64,000 bases of DNA, from contig CAZEMC010000007.1 in assembly GCA_964513385.1 (NCBI GenBank), forward strand, positions 21,552 through 85,551. The letters run 5' to 3'. The notes below the pieces were generated by a model, which saw only the letters and a program-made list of their open reading frames with translations, did no database searches and was not told the DNA's origin. How positions within the stretch are numbered: position 1 is the stretch's first letter; the number at the start of each line of letters is the position of its first letter. Positions 8,847 through 15,898 of this stretch are shown here, one piece after another. The stretch comes from an uncultured Candidatus Saccharibacteria bacterium (lineage in GTDB: Bacteria; Patescibacteriota; Saccharimonadia; Saccharimonadales; UBA4665). Both the position numbers and the translations under genes were made by a program.

Positions 8847-8888
8847 AATACATAATTATGTCATAAGTGCTTGCTAGAAGCAATCTCT

Positions 8889-9434
8889 TTAGACGCGCTT
8901 GACTTGCAAGCTGTCGAGCTCGACAGGCGTTTCGCGGCCGAACATGTTGACGAGGACTTTGAGCTTGCCCTTTTGCGGGTCGATTTCGTTTATGGAACCG
9001 TCGAAGCCCTTGAACGGACCGTCGGTGATGTTCACGACTTCGCCGATAGCGTAGTCTATCTTGTGCTTCGGCTGCTCTAAGCCCATGCGCTTCTGAATTT
9101 TTTCGATTTCGTCTTGGTCGACCGGAGTCGGTTCGGTGCCGCTGCCGACGAAGCCGGTTACGCTCGGCGTGTTGCGGACGATGTACCAAGCGTCTTCGCT
9201 CATCTTCATCTGTACGAGGACGTAGCCTTGGAAGATTCGCTTTTCAACCACGCGGCGCTTGCCGTTCTTGATTTCAATCTGCTTTTCCTTAGGTACCAAA
9301 GCCTGGAAAATCTTGTCTTTCATGTCCAGGGAATCTGCGCGCTGGCGGATGCTTTCGGCGACCTTTTCTTCGTATCCGCTGTAGGTGTGGATGGCGTACC
9401 ACTGCTTGCTGGTGTCGTATCGTTTGCTTGCCAT
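8889..9434 (-). CDS. nusG: transcription termination/antitermination factor NusG
   Basis: WYAIHTYSGYEEKV (NGN domain) and a C-terminal KOW (GEVVNITDGPFKGFDGSINEID). Confidence 0.95.
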   Translation of the reverse strand: MASKRYDTSKQWYAIHTYSGYEEKVAESIRQRADSLDMKDKIFQALVPKEKQIEIKNGKRRVVEKRIFQGYVLVQMKMSEDAWYIVRNTPSVTGFVGSGTEPTPVDQDEIEKIQKRMGLEQPKHKIDYAIGEVVNITDGPFKGFDGSINEIDPQKGKLKVLVNMFGRETPVELDSLQVKRV

Positions 9435-9456
9435 AGTTGTTCTCCTTTGTCGAACG

Positions 9457-9534
9457 GAGGGCTAAGGGTTTAGGGCAAAGGGCTGAGTTCGTCGGTGGAG
9501 CGTACTTTGCCCTTTGCCCTCCTTGCTTTGCCCT
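9457..9534. repeat. word-tract hairpin (GGGCAAA / TTTGCCC)
   Basis: 11-bp core stem GGGCAAAGGGC (9473-9483) / GCCCTTTGCCC (9509-9519), flanked by more GGGC/GCCC words. Lies in the secE-nusG spacer. Confidence 0.55.
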
Positions 9535-9910
9535 ACTTTAGTAAAATTTGCTTAAATAATTTGTCGAGTCCGTAGTCGGCTGCAGCGACCAGTGCCCCGA
9601 AGATGACCGAAAAGATGATAACTGCGCCAGTCAAACGGCGGCTTTCTTTCCAGGTCGGCCAGGTGACCTGACGGAGTTCGCGCCAGCTGCTAGCCAGGTA
9701 GCCGAAGCCCAGAATTTTACCGATGAATCGGATAGGCTTGAGGCGGAAGAACCAACGGAACGCGTGTCCTATCTGCTTGAGCGGCGGGTGATGCGCCAGC
9801 CAGGCCAGGCCTTTGCCAATCATCCGGACCGGCCAGAAAAAGCCACGGAAAAATACCCTTACGAGCGATTCGTCGTCGCCATTTGTCTTCGGCTGTTGTT
9901 TCTTTGCCAC
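9533..9910 (-). CDS. secE: preprotein translocase subunit SecE (N-terminally extended)
   Basis: C-terminus LRQVTWPTWKESRRLTGAVIIFSVIFGALVAAADYGLD is SecE-like. Synteny with nusG. Confidence 0.8.
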   Translation of the reverse strand: MAKKQQPKTNGDDESLVRVFFRGFFWPVRMIGKGLAWLAHHPPLKQIGHAFRWFFRLKPIRFIGKILGFGYLASSWRELRQVTWPTWKESRRLTGAVIIFSVIFGALVAAADYGLDKLFKQILLK

Positions 9911-10113
9911 GTGTGCACCTACCTCTTACGTCTTATCCATTCGACACTGTCTGCAGGAATCGCTCCCAACAAAAAAGCCTACAGTGTTTTGTAGGCGTTC
10001 GTGTCAATAGTACCTTACGTACCTCTTGGCGTCAAGCAGAAGATAGGGCAGAGTTTTCAGGTCAGAGAGAGCAGGATTAGAACCGGCGGGGAGTAAGGCG
10101 AACTCTATTCGGT

Positions 10114-10214
10114 GTCATTCCGGCCGGAGCCTGTCCTGAACTTGATTCAGGAAGCCGGAATCTACAGCGTGATGATACGTAAAGCGTTAGATTCCGGGTC
10201 AAGCCCGGAATGAC
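10114..10214. repeat. GTCAT...ATGAC MITE-like element, copy 2, with a nested hairpin unit
   Basis: GTCATTCCGGC[CGGAGCCTGTCCTGAACTTGATTCAGGAA]GCCGGAAT ... ATTCCGGGTCAAGCCCGGAATGAC. Confidence 0.7.
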
Positions 10215-10274
10215 GCGGGGCAAACGTTGCCCTTTGTCCTCCTTGCTTCTAACTCGTCTGCTATAGTAGGTAGT

Positions 10275-11798
10275 ATGATGTTTGCGCTGGGCCTGTGGCT
10301 GTTCGCGGCCGCAAGCGAATTGCTGCTGTATAAGGTGTTGCCGGGTAGGAAAGCACGGGTAGCCTGGGCGGGTATAACCGCAGGACTGCTTATGGCTAGT
10401 AGCGTATGGCTTACGGCTTACCATTGGCAAATCTGGCTGGGGGCGTCGCTCATCGGGTTGTACAAGCTGGTGTCGTTGGCGCGGGCGGCGATGGGCCGTT
10501 TGCCGCGCCGCGAGCTCCAACGGATTTCGGTGCGGGCGTATGCTTGGCTGCTCCTTGCGCAGGTACTGTTTATCGGCTTCGGCTGGCTGGCTGAGCATGA
10601 ACGCTCGGTAGCGATATATGCGTTCGATATCCTCGTCGCGCTCCAGGTGCTGGCGGCACTGATACTGGTGCGTGTCACGGTAAATACCTGGCGGCATACC
10701 CGGCCTGGCCCACTCGAGACGTCCATGACGGACAAAGAACTGCCGGCTGTCAGCGTGCTTATACCGGCGCGTAACGAAACCGATGCCCTCCAGCGCTGCC
10801 TGGAGACGTTGGTTGCGAGCGACTATCCTAAGCTCGAAATAGTGGTGCTGGATGACTGCTCGGCAAACCGCCGGACGCCCGAAATCATCCGGGGTTTCGC
10901 CCACGACGGCGTACGGTTCATACAAGGTGCCGAACCGGACGAGGCAAACTGGTTGGCGAAGAACCAGGCGTATGCGCGTCTGAGTGAAGAATCCAGTGGT
11001 GACGTATTGGTATTTTGCGGGGTGGATGTGGAGTTCTCGCCCCATACCATACGCTGTCTGGTAGAACTCATGCACCGCCGCGACAAAGACATGGTAAGCG
11101 TTATGCCGTTGCGTGCCCAGAGAGTCTGGGCGGAGGGTTCGCTGCTGCAGCCCATGCGGTACTTCTGGGAAATCTGTTTGCCACGCCGCTTTTTCAAGCG
11201 GCCGCCGGTGCTCAGTACCCTCTGGGCTATACGGGCCGAGGCCTTGCGGCGGGACGGTGGCTTTGAGGCGGTTGCGCGCTCGGTGACGCCCGAGGCGCAC
11301 TTTGCGCGCAAAGCTGTCGCAAGTGACCGCTACAGTTTTATACGCTCCAACTTGGGCTTCGGTCTGTATAGCACCAAGCCGGCCAGTGAGCAGTACGAGA
11401 CTACTGTCCGCACGCGCTACCCGCAGCTGCACCGGCGGTTGGAACTGGTGGCGGTGACGACTGTGCTGGAGCTGGTGTTTCTCATAGGCCCCTTCGTGGG
11501 GCTGTTATTGCTCTGGGCGCTGCCGCACCAGATTATCCTCGGTGTCATCTGGCTGTGTACCATCGTGGCGCTGGAGTTCACATACTACAAAGTCGCGGTC
11601 AAAACCAAGCTAAATAATCCGGCGTTCGCTTGGATGCTCTTCCCGGTCGCTGTGCTGACAGACCTGGTCATGCTGCACGTTTCGCTGTATAAATATGAAT
11701 TCGATACGGTCGACTGGAAGGGCCGCAACGTCTGCATCCCGGTCATGCGGGTCGAACCGCACCTACCTGAACTACCGCCTGTCGAGAGTCATAAATAG
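10275..11798 (+). CDS. membrane-bound family 2 glycosyltransferase
   Basis: VSVLIPARNE, VVLDDCS and CGVDVEF, flanked by multiple TM segments. Start taken at ATG 10275. The antisense 451-aa ORF is Arg-rich shadow. Confidence 0.85.
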   Translation: MMFALGLWLFAAASELLLYKVLPGRKARVAWAGITAGLLMASSVWLTAYHWQIWLGASLIGLYKLVSLARAAMGRLPRRELQRISVRAYAWLLLAQVLFIGFGWLAEHERSVAIYAFDILVALQVLAALILVRVTVNTWRHTRPGPLETSMTDKELPAVSVLIPARNETDALQRCLETLVASDYPKLEIVVLDDCSANRRTPEIIRGFAHDGVRFIQGAEPDEANWLAKNQAYARLSEESSGDVLVFCGVDVEFSPHTIRCLVELMHRRDKDMVSVMPLRAQRVWAEGSLLQPMRYFWEICLPRRFFKRPPVLSTLWAIRAEALRRDGGFEAVARSVTPEAHFARKAVASDRYSFIRSNLGFGLYSTKPASEQYETTVRTRYPQLHRRLELVAVTTVLELVFLIGPFVGLLLLWALPHQIILGVIWLCTIVALEFTYYKVAVKTKLNNPAFAWMLFPVAVLTDLVMLHVSLYKYEFDTVDWKGRNVCIPVMRVEPHLPELPPVESHK

Positions 11799-12022
11799 TG
11801 AGTATTTACGAGAGATTCACCGGTTTTGCGCGGGACGTGAGGAATGTATCACTCGGTGCGGCGGCGTTGGCATATATGCCTGCTTTTGAAGCCCCTGGCA
11901 CCTCGCTGGAGGCAGAACTGGCCAGTGTGTCTGCGGCCTTTTTGGTTACTGCTGTCGGTATGCGGGTTTTGGAGTGTTGCGCCCGGCAGCTGGACGAACA
12001 GTCTACTGCAGATTCGGGATGA
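11798..12022 (+). CDS. possible small protein (74 aa)
   Basis: GTG overlaps the GT2 stop by 1 nt. Overlaps the 3' end of the convergent kinase gene. Weak support. Confidence 0.2.
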   Translation: MSIYERFTGFARDVRNVSLGAAALAYMPAFEAPGTSLEAELASVSAAFLVTAVGMRVLECCARQLDEQSTADSG

Positions 12023-13118
12023 AGATGATGAAGGTCGAGCCCTGGTTGAGTTCGCTGGCGACGGTTATGTCGGCGTGTAGCAGGCGCGCCAGCTTGGTCG
12101 TCACGTACAGTCCCAAGCCGGTGCCATTGGTATGACGGGTGCGGAAATCTTCGCTGCGGAAGAATTTGTCGAAGACCTTTTCCTGGTCGGCTTTGCTGAT
12201 GCCGATGCCGGTATCGGTCACGGTGAACCGGACGCCTTTGGGGTCGGCATATGCGGCAACGGTCACGCTGCCTGTCTCGGTGTATTTTATGGCGTTCGTG
12301 ACGAAATTCTGCAGGATTTCTCGAACATACAGCGCACTGGAATGCAGGCTTTCGAGGTGTGGGTCGAATTCGGTCAGGAGCTCCAAGCCTTTTTCTGCGG
12401 CGTCGCTCCGGTAGCTGGCGGCCAAATCCTCGACCAGCTGGTGCGGATTTATGGGTTCGATTTCCAGTTCTATAGCGCCCCGCTCGGCGCGCGAGAGCGT
12501 CGCCAGGTCGTTCACGAGGCCCGAGAGAAAGAGTATCTGGTCGTGCGCGCTCTTGAGCGCCTCGCGGATTTGGGCTACGTCGCCGGTATGCTGGGCGATA
12601 TACTGGGCGTTGCTGATGTTCCCCTCTGTTATGGCGATGGGCGTGCGCAGTTCGTGGCTGACGACGCTGATGAACTCATCCCGCTCCTCTTCGAGCGATT
12701 TTTCGCGGGTAATATCGCGGATAAGCAACACATGTCCCTGGTCGCCGCCGGCGCCGTATCCGAGGTGGACTGGCGCGATGGAAAGATACAAGTTGGCGCG
12801 GCTGCCGTCGCCATAGTGCAGCAGCAGGTCGCGGCTGGTGGTGGGGATTTTGGTCTCGTGCACCATGGTTTCTATATCGACGGCCTGGCCGTTGGTGTCG
12901 AACGGTCGCAGCACCCGGCGCAAGTGGCGGCCCCGTATGCTGCCGTTCAGGTCGAGGATGTTTAGGGCGGCACCATTGTACATGACGACTTCTATGTGGT
13001 CGTCAACGGCGATGACGCCATCGGCCATGCTGCCGATGAGGCTGTTCAGGCGTTCGTGCTCTAGTGCGGCCGTCTGGACGGCTGGAGCTGCAGTGTGTTT
13101 CCTGGATACTTTAGGCAT
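12003..13118 (-). CDS. cytoplasmic PAS-domain sensor histidine kinase
   Basis: H-box SHELRTPIAIT and HATPase motifs (NAIKYT, DTGIGI, GTGLGL). No TM segment. No response regulator in the window. Confidence 0.85.
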   Translation of the reverse strand: MPKVSRKHTAAPAVQTAALEHERLNSLIGSMADGVIAVDDHIEVVMYNGAALNILDLNGSIRGRHLRRVLRPFDTNGQAVDIETMVHETKIPTTSRDLLLHYGDGSRANLYLSIAPVHLGYGAGGDQGHVLLIRDITREKSLEEERDEFISVVSHELRTPIAITEGNISNAQYIAQHTGDVAQIREALKSAHDQILFLSGLVNDLATLSRAERGAIELEIEPINPHQLVEDLAASYRSDAAEKGLELLTEFDPHLESLHSSALYVREILQNFVTNAIKYTETGSVTVAAYADPKGVRFTVTDTGIGISKADQEKVFDKFFRSEDFRTRHTNGTGLGLYVTTKLARLLHADITVASELNQGSTFIIFIPNLQ

Positions 13119-13132
13119 AAGCCTAGTATAGC

Positions 13133-13227
13133 GAAAGGAGAATTAAGAAGATAGAAGGAAGAATGAAGGGCTTTAAAAGAATGAAAGGCGAAGCCCCCTA
13201 CCTTCTATCTTCCTCCTTCTTTATTCT
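13133..13227. repeat. word-tract hairpin (GAAGRA / TYCTTC)
   Basis: 12-bp core GAAGATAGAAGG (13147-13158) / CCTTCTATCTTC (13201-13212) within a C-free left tract and a G-poor right tract. Confidence 0.55.
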
Positions 13228-13930
13228 AGTTGCCGACGGTGGGTTGGTGGTTCCGGAGTTGACGGCTGATATCGCGGGCGCGTGGGTTCAGCTGCGTAAG
13301 GAGCTTCCAGAACTCTGGACCGTGATTCATGTGCACGGTGTGGGTTAGTTCGTGGCAGATGACATAGTCGATGTATTCCCACGACAAATCCATAAGATAT
13401 AGGTTGAAGACAATGTTCTTTTGGCTGTCGCAGCTGCCCCAGCGGCGCTTGAGCGATTTGACGCTGACACTTTTGTAGCCAAGCCCATGTTTTTCGGACA
13501 GGGCCCGCAAACGCGGTGGCAGCAATTGCTCGGCCTCGCGTTTGAGCGCCCGGGCGGCGGCCGTGACAGCCCTTTGCTGCACATCTGGGTCTTCTATGTG
13601 CTCGCTGGGCTGCAACCGTACCACGACTTCTGTGCCGGTTACGCGGCTGGTCGGCGGTTTGTCATCCAGAATTTGCTCGAACCGCAGGTAGTGCAGCTTG
13701 CCGATACGCTGGCCGGCCTCCAGCTGAGCCGTAGGCCGTTTTGCCAGCTCGCGCGAAATCCACTCCGCGTGGTGCTCCGCAAAGGCCTTGCCGGCACTGA
13801 ACGGTGTCCAGCGTGGCATGCTGACGCGTATGCCATTTGCGGTCACAGTCAGGCGCAGGCTGCGGTTCTGCGCCGACTTGACGAGTGTTACCGGCCCAAC
13901 ACCCTCAAGCTCGATTTTTTTCGTTGCCAT
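13226..13930 (-). CDS. DUF45/YgjP-like (M48-type) zinc metallohydrolase
   Basis: WGSCDSQKNIVFNLYL and HELTHTVHMNHGPEFW (HExxH). Confidence 0.8.
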   Translation of the reverse strand: MATKKIELEGVGPVTLVKSAQNRSLRLTVTANGIRVSMPRWTPFSAGKAFAEHHAEWISRELAKRPTAQLEAGQRIGKLHYLRFEQILDDKPPTSRVTGTEVVVRLQPSEHIEDPDVQQRAVTAAARALKREAEQLLPPRLRALSEKHGLGYKSVSVKSLKRRWGSCDSQKNIVFNLYLMDLSWEYIDYVICHELTHTVHMNHGPEFWKLLTQLNPRARDISRQLRNHQPTVGN

Positions 13931-13968
13931 ATGTCGCTTCTTATTATACTACTTGGCCGAAAGCCTAT

Positions 13969-14146
13969 TAATGACCAAGCACCAAATCCCAATAACCAAT
14001 CAATGTCTGAATTCACGAATGACGGAATGACTCAACGGACGTGGTCATTTGGTCATTTAAGCATTTGTGAATTGCTTGGGTATTGGTGCTTGCGGCTTGG
14101 TTATTACTGCTTCACCTGGCCATTGCGATTTGGTGCTTGGTGCTTC
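13969..14146. repeat. ACCAA/TTGGT-word palindromic element, copy 2
   Basis: About 90% identical to copy 3 over ACCAAGC.CAAATCCCAAT.ACCAATCAATG.C.GAATTCACGAATGAC. The right half is TTGGT-rich. Confidence 0.7.
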
Positions 14147-14158
14147 CCCGTCAGGGTG

Positions 14159-14824
14159 CTAGCGGATGTTGATGTTACGGCGAGACAGGTCGACACGCCC
14201 AGCCATAGGGTTCGGGATAAGATTTACGAGGCCTGGTTTGATAACTTGCGCAGCAGAGTTCGGGTCCAGGTTTATGAGTTTGAGCTCTTGCAAGCGGCGC
14301 AAGATGGCGCTGCGTTGCGTCGTAAAGTTGTGTTTGCCGCTGACGACGATGTACTGCTCGGTGCCGCTGGGGTTCTGCATGCCGGTGCTGAGCTGCTCGA
14401 ACCGGCCGCGGTCGATGGCCGGGCTGTAGCGGTCGTCTGCTTTACGCTTGTCGCGCTTGCTAGCACGCCCTAGGGCTGTGTCTGGGTCTATTTGCAGCCA
14501 TATGAGAACCGACTCGGCCTTGGCTTTCAGTGCAAGGTTGCGCAGGCCGATGCGCTGGCTGGCGCGGAGGGCGTTGGTGTCGAACACGACGCTGACGCCG
14601 GCGTTCAGGAATTCGGTCGTCATGTAGGTCATAAGACTATTGACGACGTGGTTTTCCTGCTTGCTGTAGCTGGGGTTTTCGAAGAGTTCGGTGCGTATGC
14701 GGTCGTCTTGGATGTGTGCGGCCTGAATGGTGTCGCATAGCTGGCGTGCTACATAGCTTTTGCCCGACCCGGGGTACCCGTAGAGCATGACGAGCAGCGG
14801 CTTGTGAGGAATTATTTTTGCCAT
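14159..14824 (-). CDS. P-loop ATPase/kinase (AAA_33 / polynucleotide-kinase-like)
   Basis: Walker A LYGYPGSGKSYV. Size and layout match small NTP-dependent kinases. Confidence 0.7.
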   Translation of the reverse strand: MAKIIPHKPLLVMLYGYPGSGKSYVARQLCDTIQAAHIQDDRIRTELFENPSYSKQENHVVNSLMTYMTTEFLNAGVSVVFDTNALRASQRIGLRNLALKAKAESVLIWLQIDPDTALGRASKRDKRKADDRYSPAIDRGRFEQLSTGMQNPSGTEQYIVVSGKHNFTTQRSAILRRLQELKLINLDPNSAAQVIKPGLVNLIPNPMAGRVDLSRRNINIR

Positions 14825-14894
14825 CGTCTACTATGTATACCAAAATTCCAGTCTTCACGCAACGCGTAACAGATGTGGCTTATGGTTTTATATA

Positions 14895-14917
14895 ACAAAA
14901 ACCGGTCAAATGACCGG
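14895..14917 (-). terminator. intrinsic terminator after the tRNA-Val/Leu pair
   Basis: Minus strand reads CCGGTC-ATTT-GACCGG followed by TTTTTG. Confidence 0.65.
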
Positions 14918-14928
14918 CTCTCTAAATC

Positions 14929-15013
14929 TGGTGCGGACGAGAGGACTTGAACCTCCAAGCCTTGCGGCACATGCACCTCAAGCATGCGCGTATACCAATT
15001 CCGCCACGTCCGC
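14929..15013 (-). tRNA. tRNA-Leu (anticodon GAG), CCA encoded
   Basis: Cloverleaf read by hand: acceptor GCGGACG/CGTCCGC, anticodon arm CATGC-TTGAGGT-GCATG, long variable arm, T-arm GGAGGTTCAAGTCCTC. Confidence 0.92.
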
Positions 15014-15022
15014 AATTCTCTA

Positions 15023-15099
15023 TGGTGGGTTGTGAGGGACTCGAACCCCCGACCCTCTGTGTGTAAAACAGATGCTCTAGCCAGCTGAGCTAACAACCC
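15023..15099 (-). tRNA. tRNA-Val (anticodon TAC), CCA encoded
   Basis: GGGTTGTTAGCTCAGCTGG...TCTGT-TTTACAC-ACAGA...GGTTCGAGTCC...ACAACCCACCA. Confidence 0.92.
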
Positions 15100-15154
15100 T
15101 AGCTCATCAATAGTATCTGTTTGTATCTGATTTTTCAATATGTAAAATATAGAA

Positions 15155-15877
15155 TTGAACCACCAAGCCATTTACCCCATAATACTTCCTGTGAAATTGA
15201 ACGAGAAAATTCAAGCGAGAGAACTACGTACGGCAGGACTCTCCATAAAAGATATTGCCGAGCGTTTGCAGGTTGCAAAAAGTAGTGTGAGCATATGGGT
15301 ACGCGATATCGAACTCAGCCCAACTCAACAAGATATGTTAGCGTCCAAGCCTTTTGCAAAGTCTGCAGTCGAAAAGCGACGCATAACCCGACTTGCCAAT
15401 GAAGCTGCAAAGCGGAGAGAGATTCAATTGCAGGCAAAATCCACAGTGTCTGCTATTTCAAAGCGGGAAATCTGGCTTATGGGAGTCATGTTGTACTGGG
15501 CGGAGGGCGGTAAAACGCAACGATTAGTACGTTTTTCGAATGGTGACCCAGAGATGATTACGCTAATGATGAGATTTTTCCGTGAAGTTTGTGCAGTGCC
15601 TGAACCTAAATTTAGGGGGTATATACATATTCATCCACATCTTGACCATAGACGTGCAGAGAAGTATTGGTCTGATGTTTCCTCAATTCCTATTGGACAA
15701 TTCTTTAAGACATACCACAAAACCAATATCTCCAGTCAAAATAAAAAGAACTCCCTACCATATGGTGTATTCGATATCTATGTGCTTGACACGAAGCTTT
15801 TTCTGACGATTTGCGGATGGGCTGAGGGTATTTTTGATTGCACCCAGCCTGACGACGATAAAAGACAGCGAGGTTAA
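15155..15877 (+). CDS. HTH-domain protein with a LAGLIDADG-like (LYWAEGGK) motif; possible free-standing homing endonuclease
   Basis: N-terminal HTH (LSIKDIAERLQVAKSSVSIWV) and a GVMLYWAEGGK motif. Visibly AT-richer than neighbours. Start uncertain (TTG 15155 or GTG 15191). Confidence 0.55.
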   Translation: MNHQAIYPIILPVKLNEKIQARELRTAGLSIKDIAERLQVAKSSVSIWVRDIELSPTQQDMLASKPFAKSAVEKRRITRLANEAAKRREIQLQAKSTVSAISKREIWLMGVMLYWAEGGKTQRLVRFSNGDPEMITLMMRFFREVCAVPEPKFRGYIHIHPHLDHRRAEKYWSDVSSIPIGQFFKTYHKTNISSQNKKNSLPYGVFDIYVLDTKLFLTICGWAEGIFDCTQPDDDKRQRG

Positions 15878-15898
15878 CAGCGCCAAAGCTTGCTCATA

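Noticed and set aside
10077-11432. 451-aa minus-strand ORF antisense to the GT2 glycosyltransferase
   Set aside because: It is extremely Arg/Pro/Gln-rich with no motifs. The plus-strand frame has clear GT2 motifs and TM segments. This is a typical shadow ORF.
14812-15171. 119-aa ORF spanning the tRNA-Leu/Val pair, and an 86-aa ORF (56588-56848) spanning the Thr/Tyr/Thr cluster
   Set aside because: Both are fully explained by tRNA genes that fold into complete cloverleaves.
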